DNA from: Nanobdellota archaeon
GTDB lineage: Archaea > Nanobdellota > Nanobdellia > Pacearchaeales > GW2011-AR1
Reading direction: 5' to 3'
Length of the DNA: 64,000 nt
NCBI GenBank assembly: GCA_038045385.1
Contig: JBBSYE010000002.1
Location: 65,509 to 129,508 of the forward strand
The notes beneath the pieces are model-generated. The model saw only the letters and a program-made list of their open reading frames with translations. It had not been told where the DNA came from and ran no database searches. The position numbers and the translations under genes are program-made. Positions 1-7,793 of the stretch are shown in pieces (position 1 is the stretch's first letter; each line of letters starts with the position of its first letter).

Positions 1-85
1 TTAAATTAAATTGTGGTGAAGTTTTATTGAGGGGATTCTTAGTACCGTTCTGGGCTTTCTGTTTTTTTATTTCTTTCTTGCAAAC

Positions 86-151
86 TATTTCAGCTCACTC
101 TTGTTCGATCCTTCTCATGGGCTCGAAGACTCACTGCGGTTCGCTGAAATG
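86..151 (-). repeat. Copy 1 of a ~65-nt conserved non-coding element (copy 2 at 7217-7279, directly downstream of tRNA-Ile)
   Basis: Plus-strand TATTTCAGCTCACTCTTGTTCG (22 nt) is identical in both copies. The rest is roughly 70 percent similar by hand alignment. No ORF. Confidence 0.6.
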
Positions 152-197
152 CCCATACCGTGCTTAAGACTAGTGTGGTAGAATGATGAGATATGGC
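149..197 (-). repeat. 49-nt element abutting the hepT stop codon; paralogous copy at 908-956
   Basis: 40 of 49 positions identical by hand alignment. A 5-bp stem (positions 7-11 with 29-33) carries an A:T to G:C compensatory change between copies. Confidence 0.65.
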
Positions 198-532
198 TAT
201 ATTAAAGAAACACTGTTAAGAGCTTCTTTTATTTTTGAAAGATCATCCTTAAAGACTTTCCATACTCTATTAATACTTACTTCAAAATAACCATGTACGG
301 TTAAATCTCTGAATTGGGACATATCGAACCAGGGAACGTGCTTGTTCTTTTCTTTTAGGGCTCGGGGGATATTCCTGCTTGCTTCACCCATTATCTCTAG
401 CCTCCGTATTACGGCGTCTTGGAGCAATTTGTTTCTCTTAAAATCTTCTTCAGAGACGCCACGCAGATAAATTTCTATTTGGCGTATGCTTTCTTTAATG
501 TCGCTTAGGTATAGCTTGTAATCTCTTTTCAT
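197..532 (-). CDS. hepT: HepT-type (DUF86/HEPN) toxin
   Basis: 111 aa. RDLTVHGY fits the Rx4HxY HEPN RNase motif. 4-nt overlap with the upstream MNT gene. Confidence 0.8.
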   Translation of the reverse strand: MKRDYKLYLSDIKESIRQIEIYLRGVSEEDFKRNKLLQDAVIRRLEIMGEASRNIPRALKEKNKHVPWFDMSQFRDLTVHGYFEVSINRVWKVFKDDLSKIKEALNSVSLI

Positions 533-825
533 CTAATTATTGCTATCTCCTCATTGAGGATTCTATTTCTTAATTCCTTTCTTATTAGAGAATATTCAAC
601 AAGGTCAATCTTTTTATTAATTTCGTCTTCTAAAATATTTTTGAGTCTTATAAAACCTAAAAGAGAGACTTTATTATCTAGCTCAATTAATATATCGACA
701 TCGCTTTTCTTGGTTTGATCTCCACGGGCATAGCTACCAAAGATGCCCGCTTTGGTTACGTTGTGCTTTTTTAGCAGCGGAATTAGTTTTTCTGTGATTT
801 CTTTTAGTTCGTTTCTTTTTGTCAT
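529..825 (-). CDS. mntA: MntA-type minimal nucleotidyltransferase antitoxin
   Basis: 98 aa. GIFGSYARGD...SDVDILIE is the Pol-beta NTase GS...DxD signature. Operonic with hepT. Confidence 0.8.
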   Translation of the reverse strand: MTKRNELKEITEKLIPLLKKHNVTKAGIFGSYARGDQTKKSDVDILIELDNKVSLLGFIRLKNILEDEINKKIDLVEYSLIRKELRNRILNEEIAIIR

Positions 826-907
826 ATTTTCTCTAGACTTCTTATGTTTTTAATCGTTGTGGATGATTGCTAGGAAGTAAAATCCCGTGAAAATGCCAAA
901 ATGGTTC

Positions 908-956
908 ATGCCCCTGCCGTGCCTAAGGCTCGGATGGCAGAATGATGGGATATGGC
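908..956 (-). repeat. Second copy of the 49-nt element, abutting the stop codon of the TrmB-like gene
   Basis: Aligns with 149-197. Perfect CTGCC/GGCAG stem. Followed on the minus strand by T-rich runs (ATTTTGGCATTTTCACGGGATTTT). Confidence 0.65.
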
Positions 957-1688
957 TTATGACTTGGCGCTCTTCCATAGCAGTTCGAAATGTTTCCTAT
1001 ACCCTGCAGCTGCTTCTTTGTCTTTGATAAGAATGCCGTAAGGGTTTTCAGTGAAGATGGCTATTCCAACATATTCTCCGATAATAACTGTTTCTGTAAG
1101 TTGCTCATATTCCTGTGGCAAAAAACGAATTAAAGTATAAGGGAGTTTGTTAAGAGATTCACCATAAGATTTTATAGTAATGTCGAATACTTGACGCGAG
1201 CGTATTTTAAGAGCGATACGCTTTACATGGAGGTTTCTCCACCATACCTCTCCCATTACTTCATAAGTAACCCTTTTTCCCCCGCCAAAGGTAAGGTATT
1301 CCTTCCCATTGGAATTAAGCAACTGCATATACATCTGAGTAATTCCTTTTTTACCTTGAAAAGTAACGGCCTCGCCTTTCTCTTTCGATTCTAGTTTTCT
1401 TTTTTCGAGCTCAGGAATAAATTCTTCAAATTTGCGTTTTTTATCTTCTAAATATCCAAGAAAATTACGGGGATCTGAAATTTGATATGTTTTTCCCCTA
1501 CCTTGAATACTAAAAGTGACAAGCCCTTTATTCATCAAGGCGTGAAGAGCTCGATGCACAACTGAATTTTGTAAGCCCGTTTTCTGAATAACGGGTCCAG
1601 CAACACTTGATCCAAGTTGTGAGAGAATAATATATACCTTTATTTCACCATTTGTTAATCCTAAGTCTTCTAAGATGGAAGTGTCCAT
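957..1688 (-). CDS. TrmB-family winged-helix transcriptional regulator
   Basis: N-terminal LGLTNGEIKVYIILSQLGSSVAGPVIQKTGLQNSVVHRALHALMNKGLV resembles the TrmB wHTH. Start moved to Met30 because a TATA box lies 20 nt upstream of it. Confidence 0.6.
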   Translation of the reverse strand: MDTSILEDLGLTNGEIKVYIILSQLGSSVAGPVIQKTGLQNSVVHRALHALMNKGLVTFSIQGRGKTYQISDPRNFLGYLEDKKRKFEEFIPELEKRKLESKEKGEAVTFQGKKGITQMYMQLLNSNGKEYLTFGGGKRVTYEVMGEVWWRNLHVKRIALKIRSRQVFDITIKSYGESLNKLPYTLIRFLPQEYEQLTETVIIGEYVGIAIFTENPYGILIKDKEAAAGYRKHFELLWKSAKS

Positions 1689-1708
1689 ACATATACAGAA
1701 GGTAACTT

Positions 1709-1716
1709 TATTTAAA
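1709..1716 (-). promoter_or_regulatory. TATA box (TTTAAATA) for the TrmB-like gene
   Basis: 20 nt upstream of the ATG at 1688. Confidence 0.55.
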
Positions 1717-1750
1717 TCTTCCCATGATAGTCTCTTTTGGGAGCGTAGAA

Positions 1751-1758
1751 ATTTATAA
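1751..1758 (+). promoter_or_regulatory. TATA-like box (ATTTATAA) for asnB
   Basis: 23 nt upstream of the ATG at 1782. Confidence 0.5.
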
Positions 1759-1781
1759 GCTCGATAATGGATCATTTTTAC

Positions 1782-4034
1782 ATGTGTGGTATAATGGCTA
1801 TCTTTGGTAAAAGCGAAGACCTTGAGAAAGACCTCAAACGAGGTTTAGAAAAGGTAAAACATCGCGGTAGTGATAGCTACGAATTTAAGGTTTTCGACAG
1901 TTGTGCCCTAGGTGCAAATAGGCTTGCTATTGTTGATCAGTTAAATGGAAGACAACCTCTTGCGAATGAAGAAGGAACCGTGTATGCGATACAAAATGGA
2001 GAAATCTTTAATCATAAGGAACTAAAAACCAATCTCGTTAACAAAGGGCACATTTTTAAGACTGATTGTGACACTGAAACCCTCGTTCATCTCTGGGAAG
2101 AACATGGACCAGAGATGATCAAAAAGATAGACTCTGAAATGTTTGCTTTTTGTATTTACGACGCATTGAGTAACAATTTCTTTATTGCACGTGATCCTCT
2201 GGGGGTAAAACCGCTCTATTATGCGAACGACAGAAAGGGCAGGCTTTTTATTGCTTCTGAAATAAAGCAGCTAGCACAATTCTCCGAGATTAGTGAGATT
2301 CATGAATTTCCCCCAGGACACTATTATTACAAAGGTGTTTTTAAGAGATACTTCACCTTTCCTACAGAGTTTATTCAAGCCTCCAAGAAGGAAATTAAAA
2401 CGCAACTAAGGGTTTTAATTGAAGAGGCTGTACGGAAGAGAGTGCAGACAGATTTACCAATAGGGGTTTTTCTGAGCGGAGGAGTTGACAGCAGTTTAAT
2501 TATGGCTCTAGCAACCCGCTACCACAAAGACGTTACAGCAATTATTTTGGGAACTGAAGATTCTCCCGATTTAATAGCAGCAGTTAAACTTTGTAGAGAG
2601 AAAGGATGGCATTATTGTACGATTAATCCTACTATAAACTATGAAGAACAAACAGCCGAAATTATCTATTTTCTCGAATCTTATGAGCCAACCGTTGTCA
2701 GGCACGCCTATGCTACTGACTTGGTCTCCAAAAAAGCAGCTGCTTTGGGATTAAAAATTGTGCTTGTGGGAGAAGGGGCTGACGAGCTATTTGCAGGGTA
2801 TAACGAATTTGCAGGACTATCTCGAGAGAAAATCCACTTAGGATGCGTTAGACTACTGGAATCTTTGTCGAAGGGACACCTCATGCGCCTTGATAAAATG
2901 GCTATGAAACACGCTATTGAAACAAGAAGTCCTTTTTTCGATAATTCGATAGTAAACTATGCTCTTAGCATACCTGGTTTTATGAAAGTATACCGAGAAA
3001 AAAAGCAAGTTATTGTTAAGAAAATTCTTCGTGAGATTGCTGAAGAATATGTACCGAGAGATATTGCCTTTAGATATAAGGCTCCATTCGCAAACGGAGC
3101 AGGGATGGATGTGGGAACCAATTTTCTTAGTAAAGATGGCATAATGGGTAAAATAGCAGAAAAGTACGTCAGCGACTCTACATTAAGCCAGCTTCAAGCA
3201 AAATTTCCGCATTATCATTTTAAAACAAAAGAAGAAGCTTATTATTTTAGCTTTTATAGACAACAAAAGTATACTAAGTTCAAGGATGGTCAAAAACGTC
3301 TTTTGGTCAAGGATAATTTAGTTTCTCTTAATCATGAGAAGAAAACGGCTGAGATGGTTTTCGAAGCAATTATCACAAGCCCTATGCTCGATCGGCGCGA
3401 AACTTCTAAATTTAATGGTTTTTCTTTATTAAAGACAAAGATCGGGGAAATTATTTCCAACGGCCTCCCTATTAGAATAGTAGGCTATTGGGGTGTTGAA
3501 AAGAAAAAGTATGATCGATCTGATAGTGATGCTTTGGACATACTTGAGTTTTTGCAGGAGAATATCAGAAAAAACTATCCGCTTGTTAATCTTAATCTGA
3601 TACTCACAGATGTTCATGGAAGTCTTAATCAGTTAAACCAGACCTCTATTAAAAAATATTATTCAGAAATAGAGCTAAACGCCATAGGGCGTAATTTACA
3701 AGTTCAATATCTAAGTAATCTTTGGAAAAAATATGGGTACAATTCAGAAAATGTTGGTAAGGGATCTAGGAGTCTTGCTCATTCTAAAATAGAATCCTTT
3801 CTGCTGATGGCTTCACAAAAACATTATCGAGGCAAGAATAAAAAACAGGGCGCAGGGTTTTACAAGACGACTTCTTTTTATGATAAAAAGATTATTAAAA
3901 AAGAATACGCAGATAGCATTTTCTTTACCTATAATAGTTCACAGTGGAAGTCTCTTCTTCCGAATCTTCTTATTCTCTCTTTTTATGGAAAAAAGAAGGG
4001 TTTCCATACCAAACCATGGCATATTTGTAGCTAA
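1782..4034 (+). CDS. asnB: Asparagine synthetase (glutamine-hydrolysing) core fused to a ~240-aa C-terminal domain of unknown function
   Basis: Met-Cys N-terminus (MCGIMAIFG, Ntn amidotransferase), SGGVDSS PP-loop and EGADELFAGY. The AsnB-like similarity ends near aa ~510 of 750. Confidence 0.8.
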   Translation: MCGIMAIFGKSEDLEKDLKRGLEKVKHRGSDSYEFKVFDSCALGANRLAIVDQLNGRQPLANEEGTVYAIQNGEIFNHKELKTNLVNKGHIFKTDCDTETLVHLWEEHGPEMIKKIDSEMFAFCIYDALSNNFFIARDPLGVKPLYYANDRKGRLFIASEIKQLAQFSEISEIHEFPPGHYYYKGVFKRYFTFPTEFIQASKKEIKTQLRVLIEEAVRKRVQTDLPIGVFLSGGVDSSLIMALATRYHKDVTAIILGTEDSPDLIAAVKLCREKGWHYCTINPTINYEEQTAEIIYFLESYEPTVVRHAYATDLVSKKAAALGLKIVLVGEGADELFAGYNEFAGLSREKIHLGCVRLLESLSKGHLMRLDKMAMKHAIETRSPFFDNSIVNYALSIPGFMKVYREKKQVIVKKILREIAEEYVPRDIAFRYKAPFANGAGMDVGTNFLSKDGIMGKIAEKYVSDSTLSQLQAKFPHYHFKTKEEAYYFSFYRQQKYTKFKDGQKRLLVKDNLVSLNHEKKTAEMVFEAIITSPMLDRRETSKFNGFSLLKTKIGEIISNGLPIRIVGYWGVEKKKYDRSDSDALDILEFLQENIRKNYPLVNLNLILTDVHGSLNQLNQTSIKKYYSEIELNAIGRNLQVQYLSNLWKKYGYNSENVGKGSRSLAHSKIESFLLMASQKHYRGKNKKQGAGFYKTTSFYDKKIIKKEYADSIFFTYNSSQWKSLLPNLLILSFYGKKKGFHTKPWHICS

Positions 4035-4046
4035 GTGAGAGCTAGA

Positions 4047-4119
4047 TGCCCCTGCCGGGATTCGAACCCGGGTTTACGCCGCGAAAGGGCATCGTCCTTG
4101 ACCACTAGACTACAAGGGC
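4047..4119 (-). tRNA. tRNA-Glu (anticodon UUC)
   Basis: Hand-folded cloverleaf. Acceptor GCCCTTG/CAGGGGC; D arm GTCT-AGTGGTCAA-GGAC; anticodon arm ATGCC-CTTTCGC-GGCGT; T arm CCGGG-TTCGAAT-CCCGG; discriminator A. CCA is not encoded. Confidence 0.9.
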
Positions 4120-4209
4120 ATATCTCAAGAAGTTTTAGATGGCTTTTAAAGGTTACTGGAAGGAATGTAAAAATCACAAGACATAAATACACTCAGTTTT
4201 TTCAGTATC

Positions 4210-5142
4210 ATGCTTAAAGAATCCATATTTAAGGAATTGATAAAGAAGGGATATTCAAAAGAAGGAAGTTCGAGAGTTTGGGATATTTCAAATCAGAGTT
4301 TACTTTTTTCTTCTCCTGAATTATCTCGCGCATTTTTGGAAGTTCGTAATGTTCCAATTTACAAGAAGAATATTGTGGATAGGGAGATTGAACTGATAAA
4401 AGAAAGTAAGGGTATTTTGAATGGGATGATAGGTAGTGGAAGCTTTAATTTGATTGATATGAGATGTGCAGAAGGAGAGAGGGCTTTAGCATTTCTTAAG
4501 ATTTTATCTAATGCTAAATTTAGATATTGTCCTGTGAGTGCTGATGAATCTCTAGCTACTCTTGCTGTAAATGGGGTTAAAAAATCTAAACTTAAGAATG
4601 TTATCTCTTATTCTCCGCAGAAGGCAGGCTTTGAAGATTTTGGAAATGTTTGTGTGATGTTAAGAAATGCCGAATTTCAAAGAAATGTTATTCTACTAAT
4701 GGGGAGCACTTTAGCTACTTTCGAAATAAATGATTTTCTTTTTAACTTGAGTAATGCGATGTTCAAAGGAGATATTTTGATAATTGGGAATGGTATTAGA
4801 ACAGGCAAGAGACTTGTGAATTTGGATGTTTACAATAATAAGTTTTTTGATAAGTGGTTTGTACACTTGATGAAATCTCTTGGTTTTAACGAGCGCGAGA
4901 TTTCTTATGGTGCTAGATTTGGAAATTCGAGGATAGAGTGCCTGTATACTTTATTGCAAGATAGAGAGATTGAGCATAATGGTAAGAAGATTAATTTTAA
5001 GAAAGGCGACCGAGTTGTTACAGTTGGAATTTACAAGTATTTTGCTAGAGAGTTAGAGAAGTTTTGTAAGATGTATTTTCCAGAAGGGCAGATTTTGAAA
5101 GATGAAGATAATGAGTATGCTTTGCTTGTTTGTAAAAAATAA
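4210..5142 (+). CDS. SAM-dependent methyltransferase, EgtD-like (histidine N-alpha-methyltransferase family layout)
   Basis: 310 aa. LMGSTLATFEINDFLFNLSNAMFKGDILIIGNGI, YNNKFFDKWFVHLMKSLG and the RIECLY...KGD...YKY tail follow the family pattern. Recognised by eye only. Confidence 0.5.
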   Translation: MLKESIFKELIKKGYSKEGSSRVWDISNQSLLFSSPELSRAFLEVRNVPIYKKNIVDREIELIKESKGILNGMIGSGSFNLIDMRCAEGERALAFLKILSNAKFRYCPVSADESLATLAVNGVKKSKLKNVISYSPQKAGFEDFGNVCVMLRNAEFQRNVILLMGSTLATFEINDFLFNLSNAMFKGDILIIGNGIRTGKRLVNLDVYNNKFFDKWFVHLMKSLGFNEREISYGARFGNSRIECLYTLLQDREIEHNGKKINFKKGDRVVTVGIYKYFARELEKFCKMYFPEGQILKDEDNEYALLVCKK

Positions 5143-5147
5143 TTAAT

Positions 5148-5600
5148 ATGAAATTACCAACTTACCTTTATCATGGTAGCGGTCGTAGAATTCTTGGAGC
5201 ATTAGTTCCGAAAAAGGCTAATGATTTGGACAAAGTTAAAGAGAATTCTCTAAATGGAGTTTACGCTTCTTCTGTAAAAGAACAAGCATTATCTATGGCC
5301 TTGCATTCTTGTAAGGGAGTTAGAGAAGGCAGTTTGGGAATGCATAAAGTTAATGATGAATTGAAGATACGGGATTCAGTTATTTATCGAGGGTGGCCTA
5401 AACAGAAATATATTTATCTTTACACTATTTTATCAAATAGTTTTGTTAATAGACCGAGGGGTAGTTCTCAATGGATATCTTTTCGAGCTGTTAGGCCCTT
5501 TAAAATTGAAAAGCTTCTTGTTAAGGATTATATTCATTTAGTTAGAAAAGCAACCAATAAAGAAAAAGCTATTTTTTTCAAAGAGCAATCTGAAGTTTAA
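5148..5600 (+). CDS. Hypothetical protein with YLYHGS / GVYAS motifs (possible ADP-ribosyltransferase-like fold, speculative)
   Basis: 150 aa, 5 nt after the methyltransferase gene. No family recognised with confidence. Confidence 0.55.
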   Translation: MKLPTYLYHGSGRRILGALVPKKANDLDKVKENSLNGVYASSVKEQALSMALHSCKGVREGSLGMHKVNDELKIRDSVIYRGWPKQKYIYLYTILSNSFVNRPRGSSQWISFRAVRPFKIEKLLVKDYIHLVRKATNKEKAIFFKEQSEV

Positions 5601-5606
5601 TTTATC

Positions 5607-5924
5607 TTAAAGATTAATTTTTTCTGCGAAGTGACTTACAACTGGAACGTATCTCTTTTCTCCTGAAAGTGCGTTTGTCCAAGACCAAACCCAGGCTACT
5701 AAAAAGACTATCCATAATGGGATTGTTAAAAAGTAGCCGAGGAACGCTATGCTAGTTATGAAACCAACTATTAATTGAAATATGAAGAGAACTAGGCCTT
5801 GCTTTGCATAATACATCACGTAGCTATCGTCACGTCTTGCGATAATGGCGATTACAAAGCCAACTATTGTTATGAATGTAGCAAGGAATGCAAATATCTT
5901 CGAATCTTTATCGTGATTTTTCAT
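5607..5924 (-). CDS. Small integral membrane protein (DUF4870-like, 3 TM)
   Basis: 105 aa. Hydrophobic segments plus a YYAKQGLVLF...WTNALSGEKRYVP pattern. Confidence 0.6.
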   Translation of the reverse strand: MKNHDKDSKIFAFLATFITIVGFVIAIIARRDDSYVMYYAKQGLVLFIFQLIVGFITSIAFLGYFLTIPLWIVFLVAWVWSWTNALSGEKRYVPVVSHFAEKINL

Positions 5925-5978
5925 TTTTTTATATGGTATGGGGAATTTTTAAAGATGTGGGTTGTAGATTCTTAGTAG

Positions 5979-6611
5979 TTATATGCAAACTAGATCTAAA
6001 TCTTTAACTTTCGCATTATTTTCTTTCCATTCAAGGTATGCAGGATAGTGTGGGGAATATTTTAACCATGGAAATTTATATTTTTAGCGACATAGACAAT
6101 TTTTAGGAACGACCATTTCTCCATAATAATCTGGAGAGAATTGGTCCTCGTAAGCTAGAAGAGTTGCGCTTATTACTCTTGCTTTAGGTTGAACTTCTTC
6201 AATAAGTTTCTTTGCAAGTTTAATGCTTTTTCCAGTTCAACAATCGTCATCAACAAGTAAAATTTTTTCTTCTTCAATTTCAGGTATTTTTCCAATAAGA
6301 TAAGGGTCTCTTTTTAGATATCCACTAATTTTTCCTGCAATTGCTATTTCGCTTAAATCTACCCCTAATAAAAGAGGCCTCTTTCTCCCTATATGTATCT
6401 TAACTTCTTTGATTCCTAAGTAATTTGCTATAATATTTGAAGTATATCTGCCACCATTAGCTATTCCGATTACTAAATCTGGTTTTTCTTTTGCTAGTTG
6501 TTCTGCTAAAGCATTACTTCTTTCACTTATATCTTCTAATGACAAGAAATTTATGAATGGTATTTTTTTAAAAATTTCTCTTTGCATAGAATGAACTAAT
6601 TCTTCTAACAT
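5979..6611 (-). pseudogene. Type I phosphoribosyltransferase interrupted by two in-frame stop codons (TGA 6237-6239, TAA 6084-6086)
   Basis: The same frame reads ...KILLVDDDC*TGKSIKLAKKLIEEV...PKNCLCR*KYKFPWLKY... The first stop sits inside the PRPP-binding loop (VDDxxxTG). 633 nt is 211 codons with no frameshift. Confidence 0.65.
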
Positions 6612-6629
6612 TTGTATCTTGCATTGTTT

Positions 6630-7202
6630 TTATTTAAAAAGATGTGCTTTTAGGATCCAGAGAGATACTGGAGTGTCCTCTGTGGCTTTATTCTCTTCAA
6701 CTATATCAAATAGGTGTTGTTCATAAAGGGCTTTTTCTGCACGTTTAATTTCTTTCATTTTTTGATCATATTCTCTTTGTGAAAAATCGGGATCTCTCTT
6801 GATAAATTTTGCACTTCCCCATACTTTTACTTTATCTGAAGGTTCGAGAATTGCGACAATTCCGCCTTTTTTCAGCACTCGCTTAGTTTCTTTTAACGCA
6901 ATATCAAAGTCGTTAACAAAGTGCCAGGAAAAAGTGTAGAAAATAATATCAAATTTTTCTTCAAAAGGTATTTGTTCTGCTCTTCCTAATTCATACTTAA
7001 TTGCAGAATTAGCGTTTTTTCTTGCTTGAGCGATAAGCCTTTTTTCAGGATCAATTCCACAATATCCTTTTACTACTGTTGGTGTAAGAATGGGGCCAAG
7101 TCTCCCGTTTCCACAACCAATTTCTAGTAGCCTTGCTTTTTTCACATCGACGTATTTTCCAAATTCAGCTTTCCAAAATTCTTGTACTTGTTTATTTTCC
7201 AT
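6630..7202 (-). CDS. Class I SAM-dependent methyltransferase
   Basis: 190 aa. LEIGCGNGRL motif I, followed by a GGIVAILEP post-motif. Confidence 0.75.
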   Translation of the reverse strand: MENKQVQEFWKAEFGKYVDVKKARLLEIGCGNGRLGPILTPTVVKGYCGIDPEKRLIAQARKNANSAIKYELGRAEQIPFEEKFDIIFYTFSWHFVNDFDIALKETKRVLKKGGIVAILEPSDKVKVWGSAKFIKRDPDFSQREYDQKMKEIKRAEKALYEQHLFDIVEENKATEDTPVSLWILKAHLFK

Positions 7203-7216
7203 TTTCTTATTTGCTA

Positions 7217-7279
7217 TATTTCAGCTCACTCTTGTTCGTTCTACTTGAAGGCTCGGAGATTCGCTACGGCTCATTGAGA
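7217..7279 (-). repeat. Copy 2 of the ~65-nt conserved element, immediately 3' of tRNA-Ile
   Basis: Aligns with 86-151. Begins one nucleotide after the tRNA discriminator base. Confidence 0.6.
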
Positions 7280-7400
7280 TGAGCCCGCCAGGATTTGAAC
7301 CTGGGACCTCCGCCTCTCTTAGATTTCTCTATGAGAGTTTCGCCCTAACGGACAATTATCCTATAAGAGCGGCGCACTAACCGGGCTGTGCTACGGGCTC
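7280..7400 (-). tRNA. tRNA-Ile (anticodon UAU) with a 46-nt intron (7316-7361) at canonical position 37/38
   Basis: Acceptor GAGCCCG/CGGGCTC; D arm GCAC-AGCCCGGTTA-GTGC; anticodon stem CCGCT/GGCGG; loop CTTATA|intron|A; T arm CCAGG-TTCAAAT-CCTGG. The junctions fold as bulge(TAG)-4 bp helix(CTTA/TAAG)-bulge(AGA). Confidence 0.75.
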
Positions 7401-7414
7401 GCTACACTAGAGGT

Positions 7415-7732
7415 TTAAATGCTCTTTTTAATGTTTCGCATTTGACATTTTATAGACAATTGATAGAGGACTAATATCACGTAGGTGACGACTATAATAA
7501 AAAAATAATCCTCGAGAGGCATGTTTCCGATAGTTATTTTTATTAAATAATCTGAATTGTAAGTCCAATGTGTTCGTGCGATTGCAAAAGTGTCCCATAT
7601 TATTCCGAAAGCTAAAATTATTAACCAGAATACTATGAATTGTTTTTTGCTGTGAAATAGTTTTAATTTGTAATTCTTGTGGACTAAAAAGGTTGCAAGG
7701 AAAAAAAAGACTAGTAACAGAAAGTATTCCAT
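7415..7732 (-). CDS. Lycopene cyclase domain-containing membrane protein
   Basis: 105 aa, 3 TM. Contains WDTFAI...W.Y and MPLEDYFFIIV, characteristic of the CrtYc/d-type domain. Confidence 0.65.
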   Translation of the reverse strand: MEYFLLLVFFFLATFLVHKNYKLKLFHSKKQFIVFWLIILAFGIIWDTFAIARTHWTYNSDYLIKITIGNMPLEDYFFIIVVTYVILVLYQLSIKCQMRNIKKSI

Positions 7733-7764
7733 ATAATTTGTTATTTTTTTGCTTTATAATATTA

Positions 7765-7772
7765 TTTATATA
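7765..7772 (+). promoter_or_regulatory. TATA box (TTTATATA)
   Basis: 21 nt upstream of the ATG at 7794. Confidence 0.55.
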
Positions 7773-7793
7773 ATGTATCTTTCTTTGGCTGTG

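Noticed and set aside
183-189. ATGATGA within the 49-nt repeat, considered as a C box of a C/D-box sRNA
   Set aside because: There is no CTGA D box at the required spacing on either strand, and the second copy reads ATGATGG.

The ~65-nt trailer element (GAGTGAGCTGAAATA) also failed a C/D/C'/D' layout test.
149-197. The element occupying the position of the tRNA next to the conserved trailer, considered as a split-tRNA half or tRNA remnant
   Set aside because: It has no T-arm (GTTCRAAT) or acceptor complementarity, and the two copies do not conserve a potential acceptor pairing.
4035-4217. 60-aa ORF in the track
   Set aside because: It lies antisense over the tRNA-Glu gene (4047-4119). Its GC-rich codons are explained by the tRNA, so it is not a gene.
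6237-6239. In-frame TGA in the phosphoribosyltransferase, considered as selenocysteine or a reassigned codon
   Set aside because: A second in-frame stop in the same gene is TAA. TGA also appears to terminate other well-supported genes here (for example the ORF ending at 36076). I saw no SECIS-like element, so a pseudogene or consensus error is more economical.
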